From assembly GCA_002811645.1 (NCBI GenBank), contig PDIP01000005.1:7345-71344 (forward strand): a stretch of 64,000 nt of DNA, read 5' to 3'. The notes beneath the pieces are model-generated. The model was not told where the DNA came from. It saw only the letters and a program-made list of their open reading frames with translations, and ran no database searches. This document shows, in pieces, positions 1 to 12,500 of the stretch. This DNA is from Corallochytrium limacisporum Hawaii (Eukaryota > Protista > Pluriformea). Made by a program: the position numbers and the translations under genes. The first letter of the stretch is position 1, and every line of letters begins with the position of its first letter.

Positions 1-841
1 TGTTCAGGACTGTGGCTCGCCAGAACACTTGTTCTTGATCGAGCACACCCTGGCCCGCGTCCTTCATCGCTTGGTGTTTGTTTTCTGGTTTGTCGGGAAC
101 CCGATGGAGAGGGCATGCTCCGACATGCGGGGAATCCGGCACCCAACATCGATCGTTATCGTACAAAGTTTGCATTCCAAGGTGCCCAACGCACCTAAAT
201 TATGGGGGACTGTAGGCTAAGACTGGCCCCAGGGGAGGCGCGGGTGTGTCTGAATGCTGGCCTGGGATTGGCTCCAACCCTTCCTTCCTCTCTCGTTCCA
301 AACTAGGCTCCGTTTGCTATTTTTAGAGGTCAAATACTGAATGTACTGCATTTTTTCGCCAGTTTCTTCCATTTCTGCATTCTGCGAGCTCCTCCCTCCG
401 AAAAGGAACGAAACAGAAAAAAGAAAACAGAAACGACAAACTTTCGGGCGCGGGCACTCTGGGAGAAAGCAAAAAAAAAAATGAAACTTACAAAAAAAAT
501 GTCGCGCGTCAGCCTGACCAGGGAGGTTGGTAAGTAAGACATGACGTGCTTTTTCGTTGGCGGCAGCTGCAGCGGTTCACTACGCATGGCCGGCGCACCG
601 CCTTCTGTCGAGACAGATAAGCCGAAAAGACAGAATTTCACTAATATTTTCTATGTCAGTTAGTTGGTTTTTATTTCCCTCCACTGCGCCTGGCGTGTGC
701 GTGCGTGCGGGGAGGATGTGTTTTTCTTTCTCCCTTTTCATCTTATCTTCTGGTCCTGGCTTTCTGTTTCAAGGCCAAACCAACCAACCAACCCCCAAAC
801 CCCGGTGCAGTGCGCAAGGGTGCCTCTCTTCCGGCCTTTTT

Positions 842-941
842 NNNNNNNNNNNNNNNNNNNNNNNNNNNNNNNNNNNNNNNNNNNNNNNNNNNNNNNNNNN
901 NNNNNNNNNNNNNNNNNNNNNNNNNNNNNNNNNNNNNNNNN
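842..941. other. Assembly gap (further gaps at 2473-2781, 34796-34995, 48191-48219, 58148-58383, 59706-60001)
   Basis: N runs, mostly abutting homopolymer tracts. Confidence 1.
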
Positions 942-2869
942 CAAAGAGACTCTATGGAGACTTGTTCATGCTTCTTCTTGGTTTCTGAAAGCAAATTTGT
1001 AGAAAGCCAAAACATCCCCCCTGGGGGCGGGGGAGGGAGGGAGAGAACTCAAAAAAGTTAGTACTGGATACTCCTCCACTCTCCACAGCACCAACAACCG
1101 CAGAGAACCAGGAGCACGGGTATTCCCCGGGAGGGGAGGAGGAGGAGGAGGAGTGGGGGGGGGGGGGGAGAAGAGTTAAGGACAAGAGAGAGAGAGCTGG
1201 GGCCCCGATGATCTTGCGGTGGTGGGTGAGCTCGGGGGCTCGCGAGAACAACACCGGGTCCCCCTTCCCCATTGGCAGCAAGTGAATCGGAGGAGACATG
1301 CCCACTGCGCAACCAAGCCATGTTGATTCACTCTAAACCCCGAACACCGATCGTTCCTCTTTTTGTGCTATTTGGCCAGGGAGGGTTGGGGGTGGTTACC
1401 GGGAAAAGGGGGACAGTTCCCCTTTTTTTTCATTGGCATTTGTTATCATTTCGACTACGGAAGGAAAAAAAAAACGAAAGAAAGAACGAAATAATGGGCA
1501 AGGAAGAAAAAGGAGGGAAGGGAGGGACCGGGGACGGGGGCGAGTATTTTTCCTTCCGGGAAATAAAAGTCTATAGGGAACTCTTCCTCCCTTACGGTTT
1601 TGGGAGCCGGAGTGCATTGCATTGGGTAACAAAATTACCTTTGGGACGATCCCAAAGAATTAAAAAGGGCACATTTGAACATTTTAACCCAAAAAAAAAG
1701 GAAAACAAAACGGAGCAGCAAAGAGAGAACCAACGAGCACGAATTGATAACGGCCGTTCTTCAAAAGTGAGAAAAAGGCGGAGAGGGGTGGCCGGGGGGG
1801 TTGGGGGCGGAAAACTACTCTGCGCAATCACAAAATGGCAGCCACCACGGGGGTGGGGGCGGTTCTAGGAGGGCATAGGAGAGGGAAGGAAGGGAGGGAG
1901 GGGCAGAGGGCGACGAAGCACAGAGAGAGAGAGCGAGAGAGAGACGCGCGGGCACTCCACAAGCAAACGAACCGCGCGTGTGTTGCAGGGAGACCCAGTG
2001 CTCCGGGAACCCCAACTTTCCTCCTCCCCCCACCCCCCCGGTCCCTGCGCACTCGGTGTGGCGCCCAGTTTTTTTTAATTTTGTGTCTCGTTTTTTCTTG
2101 CTCTTTTTCTTTTCTTGCATCGTCCGAACAGGGACAATCCCCCCTTTCTTCTTGCCACGGAGTTTCTTGCGCAGAGCCGGTGATTAGTGGAATCATGCGT
2201 AATTACGCACGTAGTATATGATGATATTAGAATCCAAGAATATTAAGTATTGATTTGGGACCAAAAGAAATTCCCATATACTTATCATAGATCCACTACC
2301 GACCTTACGCAGAGGAAAGGACAACGGCGGGCTTTTGGGGGGGGGTGGTTGGAGGGGACGAGTCTAGCGTTCTTGCCGTTGGTAGCAGCAGCGAGGGGGG
2401 GTCTCTCGGTCCCCTCCCCCGAAGTTTGGGTCCCCTTTGTTACTACCGTGTCCTTCGTCTCCTCCCTCTCCCNNNNNNNNNNNNNNNNNNNNNNNNNNNN
2501 NNNNNNNNNNNNNNNNNNNNNNNNNNNNNNNNNNNNNNNNNNNNNNNNNNNNNNNNNNNNNNNNNNNNNNNNNNNNNNNNNNNNNNNNNNNNNNNNNNNN
2601 NNNNNNNNNNNNNNNNNNNNNNNNNNNNNNNNNNNNNNNNNNNNNNNNNNNNNNNNNNNNNNNNNNNNNNNNNNNNNNNNNNNNNNNNNNNNNNNNNNNN
2701 NNNNNNNNNNNNNNNNNNNNNNNNNNNNNNNNNNNNNNNNNNNNNNNNNNNNNNNNNNNNNNNNNNNNNNNNNNNNNNNNNNCCCCCCCCCAAAGAAAAT
2801 ATCTTACGCAGTTACCACCCGGTAACTCGCCCAGGGAAATTTCAGAAGTTTGAAAATTGAATTTTTGCG

Positions 2870-2904
2870 CGAGAGAGAGAGAGAGAGAGAGAGTGAGTGA
2901 GTGA
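2870..2904. repeat. (GA)n/(GAGT)n microsatellite
   Basis: Read directly from the sequence. Confidence 0.9.
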
Positions 2905-3483
2905 AATAAAACTAAATCACCCTCCTCCCTTGCCCCGCAACTGCACTCGTACGTTAGCCACTCCTTCCTGCTCAAGGGCGTGCATTTCCCTTCCCCCCCC
3001 TTTGGTTTGACCAGTGTGGGTTTCTTCTGGGGAGAGTTTGCCGTGTGCACGCACAGTCACGTAATACGCACACACTCACACTCACACACATACACAGTCT
3101 CTCTTATGCCCGTCTGAAGGACACAAGGTGGCACACACACACACAATAGTGTCCATGTTCTTCGCGTCCGCGCACATCGTTTCGGACACGCGTAACCACC
3201 GCGTTTGGTCGAAGTTTGAGTTTCAAAAGGGCGCACGGTTACTAACGTGATCGTGGTACTTGAGGCCGATAAATGTGCACGGATTATACATATAGTAAAA
3301 TACCTGAACATGATATGAAGTGAAATATCGGATAGGTGTGGGATGTGTCGAACAAACATTGCCCTTATTTATTCAGCGGAAACCTTTAACGCCGCCCTGT
3401 AGGCACGCCGTTCGGAGTGTTCTTAGGAAAGCCAAGTTAGTCCAACCGCTCACTAGCAAGCAATCTCGTAACGTGGCACAAAT

Positions 3484-4806
3484 ATGACGACCACGCCCAG
3501 CGGTCGTCTGTCACGGGCCCAGTCACTTTCAAGCACTGGAACCTGGGAACCCAACACCAAAACCATGGCAGAACACAAGGCTGCGTCCTGTGGGGACATG
3601 AGTGAGTCCGACTCTGCCTACGCATCCATGATTGAGAGTGAAAGTGAGGTCCTGGACACCACGTCGTCTCTCAGCAGCTCTCGAATCTCTTTAGGATCTC
3701 TAAACACCTCAGCGGAGAATCTTCCGCAGCAGAAAGCGGCACGTTTGGTCCGCAAGAGGAGTCTCATTAATGAGACCATCGAAGAGACAGCAACCGAGAC
3801 AGAGAGCACAGACGCCGATACCGGCAAGGTTGTTCTTACCTTTCTCGAGGAAGTGATCGCAGTCTCACTTTGTGTCTTCTGCGTGAGCTGTGCCGTACCG
3901 TTTCATGTAGTGTATTTCAGCTGGACCGCTCTCGGACTGGAATTAAGCCTGGCCCTGGCTCTGCTCTACGCCTTCCACATCGTCACCGACCGCACGCCAG
4001 CCAACGGCCACGGCCGTAAGAACGAATGGTTCATGAACTCCACGCCGTGGCACTGTCTATGTAAGTACTTTCCAATCCAACTTGATTCCGAGTTGGGACC
4101 CCTACCTGAGGATAGCGCCCTGAGTCCGTACAGCAAGGATCAGTATGTCTTTGCCTTCCATCCGCATGGCGTTGTGCCCGTACACGTTGTCAGCGGGGCC
4201 CTTAGTCCTGCGGCAGGCATCAAACGCTACTTCCCTAAGGCAAATATGCGCCTTATCACTGTGGCATTCAACTTCTTCCTGCCTGTCTGGCGCGAACTGT
4301 ACTTGGCTTTTGGCCTCGTCACGTCGAGTATGGAGAGCGCGAGGAACGTACTCTCTGTGGGCAATTCCCTGGCCGTCCTGCCCGGTGGCATTGCGGAGAT
4401 GTGCATGTCTCGGCCGGACCGAGAACAACTCTATCTCAGCCGTCGTCGGGGTTTCATTCGCCTCGCCATGCAACACGGTCGTGATATTGTACCCGTTTAT
4501 TGCTTTGGTGGCAACCGTATTATCGGCATGGTCACCACGGGCATATGGGGTGCCCTCAACGACTGGCTGCAGACCAAGTACCAACTCATCATCCCAATTC
4601 CGTATGGCCGTTGGAACCTGATCGTTCCACGTAAGCATCCGATTACGTTTGTGTTTGGAGAGCCCCTGGTCGTGCCCAATTGCGACAATCCGACGCCAGA
4701 AATGGTACAGCACTACCACCAATTGTACATGAAGCGCCTGGAACGCTTGTACTACCAATTCCGTGACCAGTATGGGGATCCTAGCTGCGACTTGGAGATT
4801 ATGTAA
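3484..4806 (+). CDS. DGAT2: Diacylglycerol/monoacylglycerol O-acyltransferase, DGAT2/MOGAT family
   Basis: 440 aa; catalytic FAFHPHG motif, LPGGIAEM, RRRGFIRLAMQHG-IVPVYCFG, and an N-terminal Ser-rich region followed by a hydrophobic segment. The start could be a later Met. Confidence 0.9.
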   Translation: MTTTPSGRLSRAQSLSSTGTWEPNTKTMAEHKAASCGDMSESDSAYASMIESESEVLDTTSSLSSSRISLGSLNTSAENLPQQKAARLVRKRSLINETIEETATETESTDADTGKVVLTFLEEVIAVSLCVFCVSCAVPFHVVYFSWTALGLELSLALALLYAFHIVTDRTPANGHGRKNEWFMNSTPWHCLCKYFPIQLDSELGPLPEDSALSPYSKDQYVFAFHPHGVVPVHVVSGALSPAAGIKRYFPKANMRLITVAFNFFLPVWRELYLAFGLVTSSMESARNVLSVGNSLAVLPGGIAEMCMSRPDREQLYLSRRRGFIRLAMQHGRDIVPVYCFGGNRIIGMVTTGIWGALNDWLQTKYQLIIPIPYGRWNLIVPRKHPITFVFGEPLVVPNCDNPTPEMVQHYHQLYMKRLERLYYQFRDQYGDPSCDLEIM

Positions 4807-5013
4807 GAGAGTTAGAAAGCGAAACAGAAAACACTGATGTACTCGCACAGAGTTACACGCAATAAATTTAGTAAAGGCATCGGCAATGCCTGTTCGTAAC
4901 GTTGGAAAACAACATAGAAAGCGAATGTAGTAGTTGGTGTAAAGCAAGTAAAAAGAGTGGAGTGCAATTTTGGACAGATGCGGCAAGTAGCTTTGACCAT
5001 GGTGTACAATCCA

Positions 5014-6108
5014 TCAGTAGCAGACAATGGACTCCGTTACTTCCCTACGACATATCGGGCACTGGTGGCATGGCGGTGCCGAAGGATGGTCCGACGCAGC
5101 CCTGCGTCTCAGACCTGCATCACACTGCTGACAGACCACGAGGTGGCCGCAGCCGTACACGACACTGCGACGATAATTCATGCACACTACACACAGAGAA
5201 CGGTCAGTCACGGCCTCCAACCGGTCGGACAGAAGCAAGAGTTCACGGTCCTTATCGGCCAGAAGCTCACGGAGGTCGTCGAGATCCGTTTGGAGGCCCT
5301 CCCGCTCCGTTTCGGCGCGGTGGTACAGCTCGCGGTAGAGCCGAGACTGCGCAATGAAATCTGGCCCAACCCTGCGTTGCTGGTGCCGACGGTGCGCTGT
5401 GGTTGCAGAGTTGGCGTTGCGTTTGCCAGCGGCTTTGGTAGAGGATGCGCGGTAGCAGTCAGAATGGTCGAGGCAGGAAGCGGGGAAGAGCAGGCCCGGA
5501 CGATGGACTACTGCCTGGCACCCGTCGTAGAGCACACGTTTCAAAAATTCTGCATCGCTCTTGTACATTTCAGCAGCGACTTCAGAGCTGGCGGTAGCAA
5601 TGCCAAGGGACTGTTCCCTGGTGCCATCCATTGACAGCGCAGGCTCACACTGCAGCGACTCCTTGGACGCTGTCATCAGACCCAGGAGAGTCAGGTTCAT
5701 TACCAGCATCTGAGTACCTCCAAAGACCTTCAGACCCAGGCGGCTCTGACAGGCCTGGAGCGCAGGAAAATTACGGAACGCGTTCAATAACAGTCGACTG
5801 TTGAGAATAGACGCCTGATCCATACTAGATCCACCCACCTTGGTCAGCCAAGAGCCGTTAAACAACGACCGACTCTGTGCCAAGACCTGGGAAGAGGGGG
5901 ATCGGGCCACAACGCTCTCCCGCAAACTCAGGGGCACATTGTTCCTAGTATGGGCCTTTATCTGGCCTATTTTATTCGCGGTAATCGGTGCATTACGACT
6001 GCCTGCTGCGGCTTGGCGCTGCAGCTGCGTTATTACGGCCGCCACGGTACGCCGGAACCCTCCGGCTGGCCATGGCGGCCCACCCGCTCGGGTAATCCAC
6101 CGGAGCAT
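5014..6108 (-). CDS. C-terminal RING (C3HC4, IAP/MUL1-type) E3 ligase with coiled coil and a possible mitochondrial presequence
   Basis: 364 aa; CVVC..CGHLVVCQQC..CPICR at the C-terminus, coiled coil before it, Arg-rich acid-poor N-terminus; A-rich start context (gcaaaATG). Confidence 0.8.
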   Translation of the reverse strand: MLRWITRAGGPPWPAGGFRRTVAAVITQLQRQAAAGSRNAPITANKIGQIKAHTRNNVPLSLRESVVARSPSSQVLAQSRSLFNGSWLTKVGGSSMDQASILNSRLLLNAFRNFPALQACQSRLGLKVFGGTQMLVMNLTLLGLMTASKESLQCEPALSMDGTREQSLGIATASSEVAAEMYKSDAEFLKRVLYDGCQAVVHRPGLLFPASCLDHSDCYRASSTKAAGKRNANSATTAHRRHQQRRVGPDFIAQSRLYRELYHRAETEREGLQTDLDDLRELLADKDRELLLLSDRLEAVTDRSLCVVCMNYRRSVVYGCGHLVVCQQCDAGLRRRAASDHPSAPPCHQCPICRREVTESIVCY

Positions 6109-6320
6109 TTTGCTCTTTTTCAGCCTACAAGCTTTTCTTTCTAGGCCTTAACCGGGGTTTTCCATTCCATCCGATAAGATTCCAGTATGATTTTGAGGTC
6201 AGTGGACGCTACAGGAGGAGCTCAAATAGCTTCCTTGGAAGGAGCGCCGCTGAGACCCTCTGCCGAACTGTCCTAACCGGGACCACTTCCCCACCCTCTT
6301 CACTGGTCTTCCCCCTGTTT

Positions 6321-6348
6321 CCCCCCCCCCCCCCCCCCCCCGGGGGGG
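6321..6348. promoter_or_regulatory. C21G7 homopolymer palindrome, putative promoter element of the RING gene
   Basis: Sole copy in the 420-bp tandem spacer, about 210 nt upstream of the ATG; the motif recurs upstream of other genes. Confidence 0.45.
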
Positions 6349-6527
6349 AGTCTTTGCCGGCCTTCGATCGGGCTGCGCGCTTAGGCTCAGTTTGCCTCCG
6401 CGTTCGGACTCTCCCCCGGCCGCGGGGTTGGGGGGCGGAACAGACGGGCATACCATTCTCAAACAGGTGCAAGAATCTAGGTTGTATTTGGTACATTTCT
6501 CCTTCGTAAAGGGCTTTATAGACGATC

Positions 6528-9500
6528 TTATGAAAAGTCTTCTTGTTTAAGTAGGCCTTCCTTCTTGTGGTCTCGCCTTAACTCTTGGTCGCAACCCAGG
6601 TAATCACGGGCAATGACATAGACCGTGGGGTTGATGGCCACTTTATCGGCGGGGAAGGGGAAGGTCAATTGGGCCACGACTTCGAGTACAGCTTCGTCTT
6701 CCGCCAAGGAATGGGGAGAGGATGGCTCAGCATATCTTGCTATCTTCCCGAGTTGCCTGGCAGTGCCGTACTTGATGGCGTATAGCTCGTCCATCTCTGC
6801 GTCTGCAAGAACAATCCACCACCGCTCGACCATACCGTTGTCGCCCGTTGGCAGGGGATTCTTCGGATAGCGTGGAGCGAGCACAGGACCTAAGTCCGCG
6901 TCCTCGTCCTTCACAATACGCACAGCAGCCCTTACGACTCCCTTTTTGGAGCTATCGTAGGTGACATCAATATCTAAAGAAGGATAGCGATTGCAAAACT
7001 CGGCAATGTCCTCGATTACTGAGTCACGACCGCGCGGCTCCGATTTAGGGGCCCAAGTTGCAAACAGAGCATCACGTGCGTCTTCCTCGGCCTCGATGAG
7101 GTCATAGATGGTGGTAATGCCGACCTTCTTAGACATGGCTACCATTGTATCGTCCGCGTATGGCAATTGCAGCAGGAGAGATCCCTTTGGCTGCACCGCT
7201 TGGACCAGGCACTTACACAAATCCATGGCAGCCAAGGTTGCTTTAAGGACCGCTTTGGACGCAAGTACGTCCACAGCAGCGTGCAGGAGACGCATAGCAA
7301 TCGGCAGAATGCACCGTAGATCGTGCTGGAGTGGTTCTGTCATTGCGTCCAGATCCGTCTTATGCGACTGTCCTGCCAGAGCGCGGATCATATGAGCTTG
7401 TAGAAGACAGTTCACCTTAACATGGGGCTGCAAAAGCTTCTTGCCAGCCGCCTCTAAAGGGTAGAATGTGTGTTGAGCGAGGCGTGAGAGCGGTACCTGG
7501 TCGGTATTTCGAATGGGCAACGAGTCAAATTCGGACGCGCGGCAGACGACCTCGAGAATGGCACGCATGCGACTCTCCTGCGTCAGAGATCGTCCAAACA
7601 ATTCGATCGTACTCACACTGACATTGTACTGGTCTGCAATCCAGCCAAAGTTCAGGCTCGATACACTCTCACCGCCATCATCTTCCTTCATTGTATCCTT
7701 GTCGTCCTCCTCTTCCTTGACGACCGAAGTGATGCATTCAGCCTCCTCCAGAACCTCAAAGGATCCCTGGACCAAATCCGTGAGGCCCCTGCTCACATCC
7801 TCGACACTCACTTTTGCCAGGCCATAAAAGTTGGGATTGCGCAGCAATCGACGGTAGTAGTACGTCCAGGTCATAAGGTCAACGGCGTCTTGTTTGTTGG
7901 TAATTGTGCGCCGTCGGATTTCAGCGTTGAAATAGTCATCAATGTTGCGATCGAGGCAGCTCTCCATGGCCAATGGATCCTTGAGAAACTTGCTGTAGTA
8001 TGCCTGCAACTGGTGACCACAATAGACAACAAAACGAGGTCGCCGCTCACCAGATGGAGCTGTCGCAATAGCAAGTGCACGCAAGAGCGTGGTCATCGGG
8101 TACTCCCCATAGCTGTGGGACACTCCGTCGTATCGTACTGTGTCCAGAAGAAGAACTAGCCCTGCGGTCAGCGACTTGGGCAGGCAGTGCAAATACGCGG
8201 TTGTGACAATGACCACCGCCAGGCGGTTGTAATCACGCAAGAAGACTTTCCGTTGAGCAATAGATGAATGTGCATCCAGGATCATGATGCCACACTGGTA
8301 GGCACGAGCAACACGAGGATCCAGAGCTTCTTCTTGAAGCGGGGGCCATTTCTTTTCGTCCCGGGCTGGTAGCAGTTCCAAATTCAAGTCAACGCTTTCC
8401 GACAGATCAAAAAGCGTTTCTGCAAAGTCCACCGCGGCGGTCGGATCAGGTAACACTGCCACTGCCAGCGACTGTGAAGACTGTCGGTGTTTGCGTATCA
8501 GATGGAACGCCTCACGGCGTACATTAGCCCATCGCTGTCCGAAGGGGCTTCCTTTGAGCGCTCTCACATCGACCTCGACCGCGCCCACAGCGGACTCCAC
8601 ATCTCGCGGGTGGAACATAAAGGACATGGACTTCCGCACACCAAGCCAATTGGCCAAGTCTCGATGGGGGCCAATCGAATGCCCCATGGCAATGATACGG
8701 GAAGGTTTCTCCACTTGCTCAGAAATCACTCGCATTCTACTCATGAGCATTTCGTATTTTGCACCGATTGATGGGCAAGGTAACCGGAATGAAGACACCT
8801 CAGTTTCGTCCTCGAGCATGTGAATGTCATCAAAGACAAACAATGGAACTTCACGCAGTCGACTTTGTTTAGAACGCCAAGATCGACTGATTTTTTCCCA
8901 CTTCACCGGCTCAGTGACAAGTAGATCCGATTTCTCCCATTTCGTCCAATCATCGGACTCTTTGTGAAGGGCAATAGCAATGGATTCAGAGCGGGCAATG
9001 CTTGCATTTGCATCCATCAGCTCCTCCCACACAGCAAGAGCCAAGTCCTGATTGCCAGCAACATAGACACAAGGTACCTTTTTGCCGTCGACCATGCTCT
9101 TAATGCAGTTGATAATCGCGAGCTCCGCCAGCAACGTCTTTCCCGTATTGGAAGGCGCACTCACGAGAACATTCTCTGTCCCATTGATCACAGCATCGAA
9201 GACTTGTACCTGCACGGGAGTGAACTCGGTCACTTTGCGATGTTTTAAGGAATCGGTCCACGTTGGGAATGAGGACTCAAATTCAGCCACCGGTTTCGCC
9301 TGCGCCCGAAGCTCCGTGGGTTGCGAAAAGGCAGATGGCACGGACAAGTTCCTGAAGCTCAGCGACGTCACAGATTCACATCCAATCCACTGATCAGCAA
9401 CAACCCGTAGGTAGTAGCACGGGGCCACGGGGTCTGACAAGGGCACAAAGAGATCCACATTGTGTTCTTCGTGCACCAAATCCTTGTACAGAATGAAGGT

Positions 9501-12500
9501 GTCGTAAGCTAGAATCTCCTCGCCGTTTGTGTCTTCGATTAGTATCCAAAACATCAGTGCTTGGCCATGAATCTCGTCATCCCAGATGAAGTCCGGAGCA
9601 ACCGTGATGTCAATTTTGATCAAAGACCGCGAGATCGGACTCAGATTGGCACTAACATTAAGCTTTGGAAAACGCTTTAAGGCGCCATGAATCACCTTTC
9701 CATCCTTTTGGTTGCGCATCAGGTCACCAATTTGGCTCGCATCGAGCTCGAATAGGGAGCTCCAGGGAAAATCCTTGCGCTCCAGTCTGGACAGCATGTC
9801 ATCAGTCAGGAATTTCTGCTGAACCACAGCCATCTGTCTCAAGGGCAGTTTAGCCGTCCACTGTCTACGGTTCACCATTTTGCAGTAACTCAGACACTTC
9901 GCTGCACTCTGTGCCCATCCCTTGGCCAGACATACTTCGTACATGGCACGCATGAGACGGCCCGCACTCTGCGAAATATATACCATGTCAGCAGTCAGAG
10001 CGTAGGCATCTTGCATGGGCAACTGAGAAATGTATGTCTGCAATAGGACATTGACTTTCGCACTGCTATCGGTAGCGGCCTCGCGGATGGGCACGGGTAC
10101 TCTTTCTACCAGGCGGGTCATCTCCAGACTTTCTTCTTGGCGAACATTCAGATTTCTAAATTCACTACTGAGACTGAAGCATTTCAAGACGTCAATGTCT
10201 GTCATATACGACTCAAGAAGCTGGTTGTAGGTTTGCATGGTCTTGACGGAGCAGTAGTATTGACTTGCAACATGCCCGAGTTTTGTGGCTATCATAGTAC
10301 CATCCGAAACAGCATACTCAATCAAATCTGCATGTTCCAACAGTGTTGCGGCCGCATGAATCAGCTCTTCCTTGCGACGCCGGACCATCTCGTGAAGTTT
10401 TGCTGAGGTGACATCTGCGTCGATGCCATATAGCCGTGGATTGCGATGCAAGCGCACGCTCAGATATGTATAATCTAGCCATTCCACCCCCGATTTTGTT
10501 GTGTCAACTGTACCGGACACAATTTCAGCAAGCAGAAGCTCCGGTAGTCTTGAAATCAGTTGAGACTCGATGGGCAGCTGTTCGTTAAGCAGTGACAAGT
10601 AGTATTGAAGGTCTTCTACCTGCGTAATCACAATGCCAAGACCCGTGGTATCGTATTGCGGACGCCCTGCACGTCCAATCATTTGCATGAGATCGAGGGG
10701 GCTTAGTTCAGTCCAATCACCCTTCTCGGGACTGTAGACTTGTGTTCCTTTGATGATCACCGCATGAGCGGGTAAGTTCACACCCCAGGCAAGAGTCGAG
10801 GTGGACACGAGAACTTTAAGGTGCCCGTCTGCAAACAGACTTTCGACGAGATGACGGTCATCACGCTTCAATCCAGCATGGTGGATACCAAAGCCGAAGG
10901 TCATGATCTCTGCCAGCTGCTTGCTATGCACAGAGCTCAATTCGCTGCGAAGGATGCGCGACGAGGCGGACTCCTCGGGTGCAAATTGACCCACGGTTGT
11001 TTGCTCAGCAGCCTTGCTGATCAGATACTTCGCCGTTTTGTACGTATCCTTGCGGCTGTGCACAAAGATAATAACCTGATTCTGTTCTGTAAGTACTTGT
11101 TCTGCAACTTTTGTGTAGCATATGTCATTGGCTATGGTGATCCGTTTGACAGGACTGCGATCATTGACACCAATAAAGCTCTGTTCCAGGGGAACGGGAC
11201 GATGCTCGGGCCCAAAAATGAACAGGTCGTCTTTGTGGACTTTCATAAATTCAGCTACGTTGCCAGCATTTGGAAGGGTAGCAGAAAGGCCGACAATACG
11301 TGTATCAATCAGCTCGCTCCTGGTTCGTAAAGTTCTTGCAATGATTGCTTCAAGGACAGGGCCTCGATCATCATGTAAGAGATGAATTTCGTCAATGATC
11401 AGGAGCTTTGTGTTCCGCACCGTGCCACGATCTGTGCCCTGCCTTGTGATAATATCCCACTTCTCCGGAGTGCACACTAGTACGTGGGCTGCATCAATTC
11501 TTTGCCTGGACACATTGACATCACCTGTCAATTCCTCTACAACGATGCCATAGGTATCAGTGAGCCGATTGGACAAATTACCCACGACTTCAGTGACGAG
11601 AGACTTCATCGGCGCAATGTAGACAAGCTTCAGCATCGAGCTATCCTTGACCCTCCAGACGGCCTCCTCGTCAGATCCATTTGCAGGAATCTGTTTGACT
11701 AGATACCCGCTCAAGGCATTTAGGATTGTCAGCATCGCAACGTTTGTCTTGCCAGCACCCGTCGGCGCGCAAATTAGGAGATTGGAATTACTCTGAAAGG
11801 CTGCCTTGTACACTGTTGACTGCAGTCTGTTCAACTCTTTCACATTGGGAAAGCCACCGCGGGCCCAGTCCGGCAGAGCCTCAATCGGAACTCTGGCTTC
11901 TATCACCCCCTTGGCGTCCCGTGTCGGTGCCGGCACAGTGACTTCGACGTGAGTCTTCCTCTGCTGGCGCTCGGATCCCTTCGGCAATGTAACGCTCCTA
12001 TTGCTCATGAATCTGGCTCCCTCCTTGAAGACATAGTTGTCCAATTTGAGCAATGGGGGAGGCCACGAGCTCTCTGTGGCCAGACCATCACCAGCATTTG
12101 ATGTCTTCCTTGTTGACAATGCAAACCGTGTTGTGTCTTCTAGAATGGTAGGCCCATCCTCATTGTCAGACTCTTCAATGCTTTCAGAGTCGGTTTCGAC
12201 TACGTCAGTTCTTAGAGCTTCGACTCCTGCGTCTAGATCATCATCATTGTCTCTTCTGGCCGCGCGTTGACCATCTTCGTCCTCGTCGTCGAACGTTATG
12301 GCCACGATTTCATCTTCTCCGCCTTTGTCTTCATCAGACTCACGTCTCGCGTGCACTTCCGTATAGTCGCTTAACCGTGTGGTGAGTTGATAAAGTTGAT
12401 TGAATTGATCATCGTCCACGGGCCCAATGATCTCACGCAATTGCCCCATTTTCGTTTTCATATTGGTTGTGACATTCCGCAGAATATGTAAGGCTTCCTC

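Noticed and set aside
1-126. Minus-strand ATGs (67, 116) open to the window edge
   Set aside because: Too short to judge; two competing frames and no recognisable motif
4102-5634. Long antisense ORFs over DGAT2 and the RING gene (likewise over Brr2, 7TM, GDH2, PRODH)
   Set aside because: Shadow ORFs of real genes with no independent protein features
8760-8810. Extra EVSSFRLPCPS segment after DDIH in Brr2 cassette 2, a possible retained intron
   Set aside because: In frame with no AG acceptor; more likely a loop insertion
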